DNA from: Leptolyngbyaceae cyanobacterium
GTDB lineage: Bacteria; Cyanobacteriota; Cyanobacteriia; Phormidesmidales; Phormidesmidaceae
Assembly: GCA_965263355.1 (NCBI GenBank)
Contig: CBDHHL010000034.1
Location: 17,299-81,298 of the forward strand
Length of the DNA: 64,000 bases
Reading direction: 5' to 3'
This document shows, in pieces, positions 26,064 through 36,966 of the stretch. Under the pieces are notes generated by a model. That model was given only the letters and a program-made list of their open reading frames with translations. It ran no database searches and was not told where the DNA came from. Position 1 is the first letter of the stretch. Each line of letters starts with the position of its first letter. The translations under genes were made by a program, and so were the position numbers.

Positions 26064-28139
26064 TCAAAAATACCTAATCCTGCTTCCACCAACCGGGCCG
26101 CGTGGAAGTGCCAATATCCGTTTATCCCATTGTGTTCGCATCGCAGTCCAGTTGGGAGGGGTGATCGACCGATTGCTTCCGATGCTGCCCACCCCAGTCC
26201 CCCCAGATCGGCTTAGATCGCCCTGAAGAATATTGCCTGAAAACTGCGGGTCTTCCTGATAGCTGTTGTCATCGAGCAGAGCTTTACCCAGGCTGTTCCA
26301 GTTGGTTAGCCCATTGTATTGGACGTTGTCGATTAGCACGCTCGGAGTACTGTCTGTACTGTCCCACAAAATATTGTTATCGGCGGTTATGAAGTCGCCT
26401 GTGTTGACCGCTTCGTAGAGGTTCCCGTCGCCTTGCAGGATGCTGTCCCTGATGTCTGGCAAGCTAAATGCAAAAGAGCCGGTGTGATATTTGACGACAG
26501 GTTCATTGTCCAGCTGCGTCGTGGTGACATTCCTAACTGTAGTGGTTCCGTTTCTGCCCCAAAACAAAGCTGTGTCCACGCTAGTCAGTGAGCCTACAAC
26601 GGCGTTGCGGACTGTTGTGTTTGCAGTAGCTGAGTTTAGATTATTCCTGACGATGTATCCGTCAGTGCCGCCATTGATAGCCATGAGCCCATCAACCTCT
26701 ATCGACTCGTGCCCAGAGAGCACAACCTGGACGTAGCCATCAAAATAGCAATCTTGGATGTCCAGCTTTTCGCAGTCGTCAGCCTGAACTCCTCTTGTCC
26801 CGTTCAGTGCATAGCAATCTTTGACCAATAGTTTTTTGAGATCATCAGTCCCATTGCTGGCATGGCAAAAGAAGCTAGCGCCTGTGCTGAGTGTGTTGGG
26901 CGAATCTACAACGCAGCCTAGATAGGCATTCAACGCGGGCTCGTCATTGCTGCTTTTGAATATGACAGCAGGAGTACTAGACGGGATGCGAGAGTCGTTA
27001 GCAATGTGGTCTTTGTAAAAAGCGCAATTCTCGAATATGCCCGATCCGATTTGCGCAAAATGGCTGTTCCCAAACTTGAAAAGACAATTTCTTACAATTG
27101 TCCCTCTAGCAGTAAAATACAGAGCGCCATTATCTCCAGTAGCAGTATCAATCTGGAAGCCATCAACGATGGACCCGTCGCCAGCGTTGTGAAACGCATA
27201 CTGCCTAACCCCGCACTCATAGACTTTCCCATTAGTGCGGACATCAGAGCTGTCAGAAGCGTGGATATACAGTGGAATTGTTGCTGCTGAGTTGGCATTT
27301 ACATTGTCATGACCGGTGTATGTGTAGCTTCCCGCAGTCGTTTGACATGTCGCCACATCAGCCACGTACGTCAGTAGTTCGTCGTCCTCGATAACAATTG
27401 GGAACGATTCAATTGCAGTGATCGTGTGACTGATGTTGATCGTCCATGCATTACTGCTTGCATCGCTGAAGTTGGCGTTAGTCAGTACGTCAGCTGTTGT
27501 GATTCGCGGCAGTGGACGGTCTATTGATTCAGCCCGAATTGTTAGCCGTTTCCCGCCAAGATCGCACTCTTCCCTAAATGTGCTGTTACTCCCATCAGCC
27601 GTATTGCGAACAACGATAGTATCGCCGTCAGACGATGCTGCAATCGCTGCTGAAATAGTGGCATAAGGGGCATAGTAATTCCCTGCTATCCCATCAGCAA
27701 AACTATCGTTGCCAATAGCAGCGCTGACAAACACTGCAGTGGAGTCAATATTCAACGTCGCTTCTACTGCTGCTGTGGGGGCTGTGATCGTAAAGTTACC
27801 AGTGAAATCAGTGTCATCATCGCCTGCGATTTTTACCCCTCCAATGATGCTGGCGGCTTCCCAGCTGACCAGCACGTCGGTCGTGGAGTTATTGAGTAGC
27901 GTGGCCTTATGAGTGGGGCTGATTAGTGCAGACCATTCTTGCTTGTTTGCGTTGTCGACAACCTTGGTCAGACCGTCGCCTTCAGTTAAAGTTACAACTT
28001 GAGAACCAGCTGTGAGGGTTAATTCGAACCCAGCATTTAGCAATGAATCTTCTGTTTTGCGGACCAGGAAAACTTTTTTGCTGCCATATCGCCAACTGAC
28101 GATAGATCCGTTAAACAATTTATCGGTAGTGCAGACCAT
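26064..28139 (-). CDS. tailspike / beta-helix receptor-binding protein
   Basis: VFVS...GND...G....PYATISAAI...GDTIVV pectin-lyase-type start, beta-helix-like repeats, DPQF end. Confidence 0.7.
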   Translation of the reverse strand: MVCTTDKLFNGSIVSWRYGSKKVFLVRKTEDSLLNAGFELTLTAGSQVVTLTEGDGLTKVVDNANKQEWSALISPTHKATLLNNSTTDVLVSWEAASIIGGVKIAGDDDTDFTGNFTITAPTAAVEATLNIDSTAVFVSAAIGNDSFADGIAGNYYAPYATISAAIAASSDGDTIVVRNTADGSNSTFREECDLGGKRLTIRAESIDRPLPRITTADVLTNANFSDASSNAWTINISHTITAIESFPIVIEDDELLTYVADVATCQTTAGSYTYTGHDNVNANSAATIPLYIHASDSSDVRTNGKVYECGVRQYAFHNAGDGSIVDGFQIDTATGDNGALYFTARGTIVRNCLFKFGNSHFAQIGSGIFENCAFYKDHIANDSRIPSSTPAVIFKSSNDEPALNAYLGCVVDSPNTLSTGASFFCHASNGTDDLKKLLVKDCYALNGTRGVQADDCEKLDIQDCYFDGYVQVVLSGHESIEVDGLMAINGGTDGYIVRNNLNSATANTTVRNAVVGSLTSVDTALFWGRNGTTTVRNVTTTQLDNEPVVKYHTGSFAFSLPDIRDSILQGDGNLYEAVNTGDFITADNNILWDSTDSTPSVLIDNVQYNGLTNWNSLGKALLDDNSYQEDPQFSGNILQGDLSRSGGTGVGSIGSNRSITPPNWTAMRTQWDKRILALPRGPVGGSRIRYF

Positions 28140-28423
28140 CAACAACAATCCTCCGCTAATAGATCGGGTTCAGCGTCAAGCGCTGATGCCGCAGGCTCAA
28201 CTCCCACAAAAAAGCTGATCGGATCTCCTGCTATGGCAGCAATTCCAGGGCCATTGTCCAAAACGAATAACAGCGGGCTCCCGTCAGCAGCTAGCAGTCT
28301 TGGAGCGCATATGACGCGGTTGTCGAAGGCAGCGATAAAATCTCCCAGGATTCCCCGAGAGATAGTACTCAGCCCGCCGAAGCCAACACCCCTTCTGATT
28401 GTACTTAATCCGTTTGGCATCAT
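28139..28423 (-). CDS. small virion-associated protein
   Basis: Duplicated GLSTI.RG motif; coupled to both flanking genes. Confidence 0.5.
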   Translation of the reverse strand: MMPNGLSTIRRGVGFGGLSTISRGILGDFIAAFDNRVICAPRLLAADGSPLLFVLDNGPGIAAIAGDPISFFVGVEPAASALDAEPDLLAEDCC

Positions 28424-31400
28424 GCCCCCTGCACTGTGTAACTATCACTCCCGTTGTCTGTGATAGTAGTCGACCCGTCGCCGTCACTGACCGTGATGGC
28501 CGTTGGCGTGTGTGTCGCTGTTACGCCAGAAACCAACCCTAGTTGTTTGGCCATAGGGCGCGTGTGCCCAAGAATAAGCCCAACATTTGATTGGATGGTT
28601 GATATATCAATCAGATCGTTGGGGGCTTGTCCAGCTGCATAGCCTCCAACCGTAACCGTGCCCCCCATGGCCCCGGTCGTTACTTGTCCGCTGCCGTCAA
28701 TAGCCAGTAGGGCAAAGTTGCTTGGGAAAGCCTGAGTGAGACTATAGCCGGATTTATCATTGTTGGTGGCCACGATAACTTGGTCCGACGCGTGGTTGAA
28801 CGTACTTAACCCAGACACGTCAGCAGTGGCCCATGAGGCATTGCCTTGAGTGAGAATGCTGTTTATGTCTGTTGTCAGCTCTGCTCGCGTTGGTGGATTA
28901 TAGGCATTCAATGAGGAGGTTGCAGCCGTTTGAACATCAGCGCTGGAGAGGTTATTGAATGATGCCGGGAATGTAACGCCTGTAACACCCCCTACATCGC
29001 CCGACACTGACCCGGTGGTGGTCACATTGGCAACCGTATCCGCAGCAGGGTCAAAATAATCTGCTGAAGCCAGCGTGCGGGCGTTAAATTCCGATACTGT
29101 TGGAATATCTCCTAGCTGAGTGTCTAAATTAGCAGACGACAGACCAACGGCTGTTCTGATATCTGTCTGAGATAAGTTGTTAAGTGCTGAAATCGATACA
29201 GGGATGTCTGTTCCGGTATCGGCAAGAATGGCGGCTAACTGAGTGCTGTTGGCGTCTATCTCGGCTCGTACGTCAGCAGCACTGTGGGAGCTAAAGCCAG
29301 TAGCTTTAAATGCGTCCTCTCGGCTTGAACTGGTGAAATAAGTGTAGATTGTGGCGGCATCATCTCCACCCCCACCTCCTGATGGGGCCTGCTCAAGAGC
29401 ATTTGCTGTGAATCGGTAAATCACTCCGTCTAGTTCTGTCAGGTCATCCAGCTTTGCCAAAGTGGCGGCCTCCCCAGATGTCAGTCCGCTCACTCCTGTC
29501 TCGACGGTAGCGCCTGTCCCTAAGGCAAGGGCATTGAAAGCAATCCCACCACTACCTGTTTGTGGCTGGGCCAGAAGAGACGATCCGTCGATTGTCCTCG
29601 CAATTCCTCCAACGATAGCTAATGGGGTAGAGCTGATGTTGTCAAATTGAAGGTTTTTTAGATCAAACGTCCTGAGGTTTACTGCGGTGAATGTGTCAGC
29701 GTTCACTAGCCGTATCCCGGATTCGGTCGACGTAACAAACACTCCCCAGGCGTATAGATCTTGCCAAATAGCAATACCATCGGAGTCATTTGAATTTACT
29801 TGGAGCCTCCCTCCTCCGCCTTCCAAGACAAGGCCATAAACAGAGGATAAAGAGGAGCCATCGTTAGTAGGGGTAACGCTTGTCACGCCTACTCCGCTTG
29901 CGTTTTTGATTTCTCCATCTAACTCCAGGTTGGTCAGGCTGATTATTCTGTTATGAATCGTATCGACTTCGCTAGAAACGTTGACAACTTGAGGGTCGGA
30001 CACTCCAGCAGTCGCGCTCCAAGTAAAACGCTGAATAAATAATGGGGTTGCCGTTGTTGTTCCGCTGTTATCCCAATAGATAGCCTTTCTTAGCACGCTA
30101 GTACCATTAGAAAGAGACAGTGTTTGAAATACGCCACTACCTCCACTCACTGATGCGTTATACAGCTCAGTCTCAGCAGCTGCTGTAAAGACAGAGCCGC
30201 TACTATCTGTTCCTTGATCAGAGAATGAGATCGGATTGCCTGGGATGTCAGATTCAGCGGAGAATAGTTGCATGTCTCCGCTTGACACTGTGGCATAGTA
30301 TCGCCCCCCATCCACAATCTGGGGCGATGTTGTGGGCATCGTTGCTCCAGACGTTAGATTGACGTGAACGGTTGTATACGGACTGGCACTCGCAAAGGCC
30401 GCCGCGTCACCATTGTTGTCATTCCCCAATGTAATATCGTTGTCAGCTGTATTGATATCTGCTGCTGCGACTGTGAACGTCTGCTCATGGGCGAGAAAGA
30501 ACCTTGATCCATCAGCTACGTTTGCCGCACTAAACCCTACTGGTGGCGCTGGGTACGGGCGCTCTGTTCCTCCAACGTCAACAGGGATGTGTGTCAACTG
30601 AGCCGCGATAGCAAAACTATCAACTACTCCGCCGGTCGCCATTATCAAATCACTGCCTCTTGTCGTAGCGATTCGGTCAGCTACCCTGCCTGTCCTGTTT
30701 GCGGAACCTGCGTCAATGTCAACGTCCTGTCGAACCAACCAGAACAGATAAGCTGTCATCTGTTCCAGGGTTCCGTTATTGGCATCATAAATAATGTTAA
30801 AGGCATAATAGCTTCCATCAATTTGCCGCTCTCCAGAGTACGCGGCCCAAGTTACGCCAGTGTCATCCCCTACCCCTGTCCCCGACGAGGTGCCTCCGGC
30901 AGTTGTTATATACCATCGCCCTCCATCGCTAACCACTGCATTAGCTGCATAGACAGTGCTGTTAGCCCATGCAGTAAATCCAGTGCCATCCAAATAAGTG
31001 ACTGACATCCCATCAAAAGGCGCTATATCTGCCGCCCCATCACTGTTAGCGTCAATAGCTGTGTCCGCAATCGTGATATTTGGATTTGCTGTTGTTGTTA
31101 GTGGAATAAAATAACGTTGAGGATTGAGGCTGGATAAATCTTGTTCTGCTGCCAGGTCGTAAGTGACCGTATTTTCTCCCTGAGCCCTGATAGAGAGTTT
31201 CAAAAAAGTTCTTAGGTCAAAATTCCCATTGCTAGCATCACCAAAAACCTGAACTAGTTGATTAGGAAGCCCGCTATTAATGGCCTCTACAATAGTTGGA
31301 TTGGTTACGTCAGATTGCCAGTAGTAGGGCGTTGCGGCTGTTGCTAAGTTACCTAAGCCCGTAATATTTAGCCACTCAATTTCTAGTGCATTGGCTGCTG

Positions 31401-33561
31401 AATACTGCGCCAACCCTCCATCACGAATCAGATCTCTAGTTGTGTTGTCTTTTAGATGCCATCCACGACGCAGCTCAAACTCCCCAGCTGTCGCAGATAT
31501 GGCCACGACTGGATCGTGATAAGGCATCAACTCATCATTGGCATATCGAGATTCAATAATGAAGCTATACAGGTTTTGCAGACTAATCCCTGTTGGCTGT
31601 GAAAGATTATTTCCTGTTGCAAGCTGTATCTCTACGTTTGCAGTGTCCAGCCATAAGTCAGCACTAACTCCAATGCCTGAGCCATCTAGCGTAATATCGT
31701 AAGCTCCCGCTGTAGCTGAGTAGTTGATGTCAGCAGTTTGTTCAACTGGGAGAGTAGCGCTACTAGACGGATAAATGTAGTTATTAATAAATACTGATTT
31801 TTGCCCAGGATTGACAATATAAATGTCGTATCCTTGGCTGTTTGTTCCCGTACTGAACGAGAAGCTAGTGCCTGAACTGTTTACGCCATCAACTAACGTT
31901 GTAGTGCCTGTGTCATATATTTTCAGGCGACTACCTGATATCAATGGTGAAATTGTGACGGCAACTGTAGGAGCGACAATATTGATTGTCCCAGCCCCCG
32001 TAGTTATTATCCCTGGGTCAGACGCCACGGTAACGGTGGCAGTGCCTGAGTCTAGGTTAAGTGTTGAGCCTGAAGCAAAAGTAAATGCTTGGAGATCATA
32101 GGTGCCTGCGGCTAGATTTATGGTGCTAGCCGCAGGAGCAAGAATACTTTCAAATGTCGTGCCCGCAGCAAAGGTTCCGTTGTATCCGCTGATGTCTAAC
32201 GTTAAAGAACCTAGGCTTACGCTAGCACCCACAGCATTCAACAAAAGCTGGTTTATAGCTGGGAATTTGTCAAGAAAATTGTCGCGCTTCCATGCTTTAG
32301 CTTTATCAAACAAGGCATCAGGGTTAGAGGGGAACCCTGTAGTCAGGGTAATTGTTGAAGTTCCTGTGTCTACAGCAAACCCTGTGTAGCCATCAACAAT
32401 AGACTTGTCAGATTCTGTAATAGAAGGGTCATCAAGCAGTACCCAGTTTATATCTAAATCCCCTGAGCCCTTAAAAGCTTCAGAAGTGATTAAACCTCCA
32501 CTAAATAAGTGTTCATAGGAGATAGTATAAACATCAAAAATATCGGTACTATTAGAATTTTTACTATAGTAAGTAGTAGTCAAGCTTCCGCTATTCAGAA
32601 CCCAATTAACTAGTTGTGCTGAGATGGTTGGGGTTTCACCTGAAGAATCTGTCGTAGCTGAATAGTCTGTATTGCCAGTTATGGCCACAAAAGCACTTTC
32701 TACTGGGTTTGCACTGGCGTCACTTATAGACACATTTACATCTTTGAAAACATTTGCTATCCAGGATCGGCCACTTGTACTAATAAAGCTATAGTCAGAC
32801 CCATTCGTAGCATTAGTGACATTCAGAGTCGGCTTATTGATTGTACTGGTGCGCCCAAAAGTAATCAGCCCCATACCAGTTTCTAGCGAAGGAATATCCC
32901 GGATGTTATAAACAGAGCCTGCGGGGGTAGACGACGAGATACCAAAGTAGGCCGTAGCCTTAATAGCCACGTTTTGCCAGAGGAGCGCATTGCCAACTAA
33001 GAAAAAACCAACAGAGTCGCTGTCACTCAGAATAGTGGAGGAATCCAGCGAAAAGTCCCCGTACCAATAGTAATTACTTGCTGCGACAAAAGAGTGTTCT
33101 AGGGTTACTGCTGAGCCAGCAAGTGCTTGGAAGCCTCCTGTGATTGTTATTGCTGAGCCGTAGCAATTGAGAATCCCTTCTATACGAATTATTCTTTCTG
33201 ACCTGCTAATTAGCGCTGAACCGCTAGTGCTAGTACTTTGAAGTATTGATGGGATATATCTGTTCTGTCGATAATCGGCGCTGTTAGACTCTTGGGCACC
33301 TACGTTCAGGGTGCCTGTCGTTGCAACTTGAATAACTATTTCTGAGTCATTCGGAGGCTGTATTTCCAAGCTTTCTCCAGGGGGGATCGTCAATGTCCCT
33401 TCGACAATTAGTTGAGCCCCAGATGCTAGTATCCATACGTCCCCAAACCCTTTGACTTCTTTCGTTACAGCTTCTAACGACTCTAGCCCAGATAAAGAAG
33501 TGTCTGTCCCTGTTTGGGTTATTTCAGCAGAAGCACCAGTCCCAGTTTGGGCAAAAGTCAT
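28420..33561 (-). CDS. very large (~1700 aa) virion structural / fibre protein
   Basis: S/T/G-rich beta-structure composition, CBM-like AWANSTVYAANAVVSDGGRWY, fibre-like C-terminal repeats; start MTFAQ with ATGA overlap. Confidence 0.7.
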   Translation of the reverse strand: MTFAQTGTGASAEITQTGTDTSLSGLESLEAVTKEVKGFGDVWILASGAQLIVEGTLTIPPGESLEIQPPNDSEIVIQVATTGTLNVGAQESNSADYRQNRYIPSILQSTSTSGSALISRSERIIRIEGILNCYGSAITITGGFQALAGSAVTLEHSFVAASNYYWYGDFSLDSSTILSDSDSVGFFLVGNALLWQNVAIKATAYFGISSSTPAGSVYNIRDIPSLETGMGLITFGRTSTINKPTLNVTNATNGSDYSFISTSGRSWIANVFKDVNVSISDASANPVESAFVAITGNTDYSATTDSSGETPTISAQLVNWVLNSGSLTTTYYSKNSNSTDIFDVYTISYEHLFSGGLITSEAFKGSGDLDINWVLLDDPSITESDKSIVDGYTGFAVDTGTSTITLTTGFPSNPDALFDKAKAWKRDNFLDKFPAINQLLLNAVGASVSLGSLTLDISGYNGTFAAGTTFESILAPAASTINLAAGTYDLQAFTFASGSTLNLDSGTATVTVASDPGIITTGAGTINIVAPTVAVTISPLISGSRLKIYDTGTTTLVDGVNSSGTSFSFSTGTNSQGYDIYIVNPGQKSVFINNYIYPSSSATLPVEQTADINYSATAGAYDITLDGSGIGVSADLWLDTANVEIQLATGNNLSQPTGISLQNLYSFIIESRYANDELMPYHDPVVAISATAGEFELRRGWHLKDNTTRDLIRDGGLAQYSAANALEIEWLNITGLGNLATAATPYYWQSDVTNPTIVEAINSGLPNQLVQVFGDASNGNFDLRTFLKLSIRAQGENTVTYDLAAEQDLSSLNPQRYFIPLTTTANPNITIADTAIDANSDGAADIAPFDGMSVTYLDGTGFTAWANSTVYAANAVVSDGGRWYITTAGGTSSGTGVGDDTGVTWAAYSGERQIDGSYYAFNIIYDANNGTLEQMTAYLFWLVRQDVDIDAGSANRTGRVADRIATTRGSDLIMATGGVVDSFAIAAQLTHIPVDVGGTERPYPAPPVGFSAANVADGSRFFLAHEQTFTVAAADINTADNDITLGNDNNGDAAAFASASPYTTVHVNLTSGATMPTTSPQIVDGGRYYATVSSGDMQLFSAESDIPGNPISFSDQGTDSSGSVFTAAAETELYNASVSGGSGVFQTLSLSNGTSVLRKAIYWDNSGTTTATPLFIQRFTWSATAGVSDPQVVNVSSEVDTIHNRIISLTNLELDGEIKNASGVGVTSVTPTNDGSSLSSVYGLVLEGGGGRLQVNSNDSDGIAIWQDLYAWGVFVTSTESGIRLVNADTFTAVNLRTFDLKNLQFDNISSTPLAIVGGIARTIDGSSLLAQPQTGSGGIAFNALALGTGATVETGVSGLTSGEAATLAKLDDLTELDGVIYRFTANALEQAPSGGGGGDDAATIYTYFTSSSREDAFKATGFSSHSAADVRAEIDANSTQLAAILADTGTDIPVSISALNNLSQTDIRTAVGLSSANLDTQLGDIPTVSEFNARTLASADYFDPAADTVANVTTTGSVSGDVGGVTGVTFPASFNNLSSADVQTAATSSLNAYNPPTRAELTTDINSILTQGNASWATADVSGLSTFNHASDQVIVATNNDKSGYSLTQAFPSNFALLAIDGSGQVTTGAMGGTVTVGGYAAGQAPNDLIDISTIQSNVGLILGHTRPMAKQLGLVSGVTATHTPTAITVSDGDGSTTITDNGSDSYTVQGA

Positions 33562-33977
33562 AGCGCAACCTCCCAAATCCACCAATAAGTATGCCACCAG
33601 GTCACCTCTTTAACGTCAGTGGCATTAGCGTTGTAAGCGCCCAAACAAATCACTTTGTCTGTTGTACTTTCAGATAGGTCGATTCGCCCCGCACCAGTAG
33701 TACTGCGGAGTGTGTTGTTGTTGTCTGTTTGGCCAGTCCCGTCACTCTGGTAGTTTTCTAATGCATCCGAGTGGGGGGAGGGGTCATCATTCGTGACGTG
33801 AGCGTCAAATTTATCTCGGTCCATGATTCCAATATCGATATACTCAGAATCGCCAAAATTTTGGAATGCTAAGTCGTATTGAAACTCGTATATAACCCAC
33901 TCCCCAATTGCGGTCAGGTTCGTGTCAATAGTTTGCTCTATTGTTTTTGAACTTGAGAACGACCTATTTGCACTCAT
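33558..33977 (-). CDS. hypothetical virion protein (probable start MSANRS)
   Basis: Lies between the adaptor and the large structural gene, coupled to both. Confidence 0.55.
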   Translation of the reverse strand: MSANRSFSSSKTIEQTIDTNLTAIGEWVIYEFQYDLAFQNFGDSEYIDIGIMDRDKFDAHVTNDDPSPHSDALENYQSDGTGQTDNNNTLRSTTGAGRIDLSESTTDKVICLGAYNANATDVKEVTWWHTYWWIWEVAL

Positions 33978-33979
33978 GG

Positions 33980-34393
33980 CTACGCAGTAAATCCGATAGC
34001 TACTTTCCTGGACTGCACCATACTCATAAATAAACCCCACCAATAGGTCGGGGTTTGTCCCTCAGAGAGCCACCCTCCTGTAGCCTCTTGAGAAACCTGA
34101 GAGAAGCCAAGTGATTGGCTCCCCTGGCTAGCGCTAATACTGGTTATCTGGCCAGGGATTATGCCTTTCGCTTCTCCGTCCAAAATGCCTGATTGCTTGA
34201 GTAGAGTTAGCCGATGCGCTGTTAGATATTTGATGGCAAGATCTCGACGATTGCAGTCTGTGCAAAGGGTAGCGAACCGACTTTTGGGAAGCAGGCAAGA
34301 TACCTCGTCAATAATTTGTTCCACCGCATCTTGATTACAATCTAACTGCGCGGCGATAATTATTGGGTCAGCTGCAAAGGTCGCATAGTCCAT
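33980..34393 (-). CDS. head-tail adaptor (DUF4054-like)
   Basis: AIKYLTAHRL, ITSISASQGSQSLGF, TYWWGLF. Confidence 0.75.
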   Translation of the reverse strand: MDYATFAADPIIIAAQLDCNQDAVEQIIDEVSCLLPKSRFATLCTDCNRRDLAIKYLTAHRLTLLKQSGILDGEAKGIIPGQITSISASQGSQSLGFSQVSQEATGGWLSEGQTPTYWWGLFMSMVQSRKVAIGFTA

Positions 34394-35025
34394 CAGTAGC
34401 CTGTATTCAACGCGTTGATTCGTTCTTGAATAACCTGGGTTAATGCGTAATCGTTGGTGTCTTTGGCATATTGCTGCAATGCACCGATATCATCAACCTG
34501 GGCCATTAAACGCTTCAATTCTTGAGCGTCATAATCTTCGAAATTCCCAGTGAATTGCCGAGTCTCTTGAACTCGCTCATTGGGTTCAAAAACCAGGATC
34601 GCTCGTGATTGAAGTAGGCGGTTGATCTCATCAACCGCCTTTGGATTGTTGTCTTCAATCTCTGCTTGATATCGTTCTGCCGATACATGGGTTGCCTTGT
34701 CCCAAGCCTGAGCTTCAATCCAGTTAAGCCCTGGCGTTAGAATTAACTCTTTGAACACAGGCTGATGAGGGACATCGTCACCCAGAGCGACTAGTTTGTC
34801 GTGGGCTAATGTCCTTTTGGCTGTCTCTTTCGCTTTTGCTGTCGCGACGGCATCAACATAGCAAAACACATATTGCCGTACCATTTCATAGCCCTTTAGA
34901 GGAGCTTGGTCGCCAAGGCGATAATCAGCCTCAGGGTTCCAGACAACAACACGCTTGCCTTGATAGTCGGCAGCCTGCCTTGTCGCAGCCTTTGTTTTAG
35001 CCGTAGCCGTTTTAGTCTCAGACAT
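34393..35025 (-). CDS. hypothetical head-associated protein
   Basis: Position after the MCP; LTPGLNWI motif. Confidence 0.6.
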   Translation of the reverse strand: MSETKTATAKTKAATRQAADYQGKRVVVWNPEADYRLGDQAPLKGYEMVRQYVFCYVDAVATAKAKETAKRTLAHDKLVALGDDVPHQPVFKELILTPGLNWIEAQAWDKATHVSAERYQAEIEDNNPKAVDEINRLLQSRAILVFEPNERVQETRQFTGNFEDYDAQELKRLMAQVDDIGALQQYAKDTNDYALTQVIQERINALNTGY

Positions 35026-36059
35026 TAGTTAAGGTCGTAAACGTCGTAAAACAATACATGGTCGTAGGGCCGCCCCAAATGAGCCCCGCTGATTGCGCAA
35101 TGGAAGTCAGTGCGCCAAGCGCCATTGGTATAAACAGGATCAGTCACCTGCCTCATCCTTTTAGGAACACAGCCTTGCAGCCGCGCAGGATCAAGGCGAT
35201 AGAAGTGAATTGCGGTAGTGCTTCCAGGGCCAGCAGTGTCCATTTCAGGAGTAGAGTCCATATTCATTCGCACCCCTTGAGCGCTCTCTAGGAAGTACTT
35301 AAGGGTGCTGATGCCAGCACTCGTGTTCTTCTCCTGTTGGCTCAAATCAATAGCTAATTGATCAGGAATTAGGCCGACATCTGGCTTGGAACGCTGCCCT
35401 GAGATGCGAGAAGCAATGCGAAGCATCGCCGCAAAAATAGCGATGTTGTTGTCTGCCGTTTGATTAATGCCCATTTTGTATGGGGCCTTAACCTTAGTAA
35501 CTCCAGGGTGAGTATGCAGCCCGTAAACGCCTTGACGTGTGCTGCCAAACGCCATGATCCGGTTGATTAGCTCTTGATAGCTTTCCTGGGCTGCTCGCAC
35601 TTTCTCGGAGACAGTATCGACAATCACCCCCATGCTGCGATGACGACGAGCAAAGTCAATGGCGTCTAGCTCGTCAACAGTAAACGTGATGTGAGCGTCG
35701 AATGAAGCAGAGCCATAATCAACCTCATCCATCCCGATATCGATTGCAGCCTTGGAGACGTTACCATCACTAGATCGGCTCCATTTACCAATCCGCGTGA
35801 TACGGGTCTTTTTGATTTGTTGAACGCCTACATACTCCCGAGAGTCAAGCGGGACAAGCCCAGCTGCATATTTGTACTCTGGATACTCTTCTCGAATTAA
35901 CTCAGGAGAATAATGGGTGAGATATTCTTGCAAGTGGCCTGCTGAGATTGCATCTAGTCGAGCGCCAGATACGACAGGCATTGCATTTTCGCTGTCCAGC
36001 CGCTGTAATTCGGCTGCAACAGCAATTGCATATTGTGCTGTGTCTTGATAATTAATCAC
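35025..36059 (-). CDS. major capsid protein (DUF2184 / encapsulin-like HK97 fold)
   Basis: GGAGG RBS + GTG at 36059; EYPEYK, NRIMAFG...YGLHTHP; synteny after protease and decoration genes. Confidence 0.85.
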   Translation of the reverse strand: MINYQDTAQYAIAVAAELQRLDSENAMPVVSGARLDAISAGHLQEYLTHYSPELIREEYPEYKYAAGLVPLDSREYVGVQQIKKTRITRIGKWSRSSDGNVSKAAIDIGMDEVDYGSASFDAHITFTVDELDAIDFARRHRSMGVIVDTVSEKVRAAQESYQELINRIMAFGSTRQGVYGLHTHPGVTKVKAPYKMGINQTADNNIAIFAAMLRIASRISGQRSKPDVGLIPDQLAIDLSQQEKNTSAGISTLKYFLESAQGVRMNMDSTPEMDTAGPGSTTAIHFYRLDPARLQGCVPKRMRQVTDPVYTNGAWRTDFHCAISGAHLGRPYDHVLFYDVYDLN

Positions 36060-36078
36060 GATTTTCAGAACCTCCGAA

Positions 36079-36963
36079 TTAAGGCAGATTGACAGTGAGT
36101 GGAACAACTAAGCTGCCATCCTGCAGTGTGACGGATGGTCCATCTACAGCAACAGCGGTTGATAATGCGTCTAGTCCAGTGCCAGTCGCAGGCGCAACAT
36201 AGCCAAGGGCAGTTAATGCACCATTCGCGGTATGACGGAAATAAACGGTCGCTTCCGTCCCTGCAAATGCAGCTTCAGCACGGGCAACGATAGAGCCTTG
36301 CTTCATAGCAGAGCCATCAGTGCCAGGGAATACTCCGTCTTGGGATACGCCTAATGCTTGTGCTTCTTCATAGCTATATCGACTCCGACCGTTACCTCGT
36401 CGGCTAACGCCTAGAACCCGCTGGCCTGTTGCTGAAGGAAGAGCGCCCAGTTTCCCATCGTCATCAGCCCCAGAGTCGACAACAACAACTCCAAAGGGGA
36501 TATGACTGGATGAGTTCGCCGCTGTATTGGTCGTTACAGCGAACCCTGCCCCGCCACCTGAGACAGTGACTGTTTTATTGACGCTGTATGGAACGGCTGT
36601 CAGCGTAACTTGGTCACTTCCGGTAGCAGCTACCGTGAAATCTGTTTGATTTTGCTGGAGCTTACTAACAATTAGGTTCTGTAAGATTGCATCGCTAATA
36701 GCAGTGCCAGGGTTGACCTCATTAAATGGATCGCCATCAGCTACGACGTAATTGACCGTAATAGTCTTGCCGCCGATATTAAACACATAGTCAGTGCTAG
36801 CGGTGGCCGTGCCATTGTCGATCAATACCGTCTGTTGAGTAGATGCCCCAGCGTTGAGGAATGCTACAGATAGCTGATCATTAAGCGCTTGCCCAGGTGC
36901 GTATTGATCAGGGGCAACGACGGACCTTTGAGTATTAAGTGCGTTGTATTCGGAATAAACCAT
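36079..36963 (-). CDS. head decoration / cement protein
   Basis: IPFGVVVV, VLGVS, GSIVARAE, VYFRH; between protease and MCP. Confidence 0.75.
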   Translation of the reverse strand: MVYSEYNALNTQRSVVAPDQYAPGQALNDQLSVAFLNAGASTQQTVLIDNGTATASTDYVFNIGGKTITVNYVVADGDPFNEVNPGTAISDAILQNLIVSKLQQNQTDFTVAATGSDQVTLTAVPYSVNKTVTVSGGGAGFAVTTNTAANSSSHIPFGVVVVDSGADDDGKLGALPSATGQRVLGVSRRGNGRSRYSYEEAQALGVSQDGVFPGTDGSAMKQGSIVARAEAAFAGTEATVYFRHTANGALTALGYVAPATGTGLDALSTAVAVDGPSVTLQDGSLVVPLTVNLP

Positions 36964-36966
36964 AGT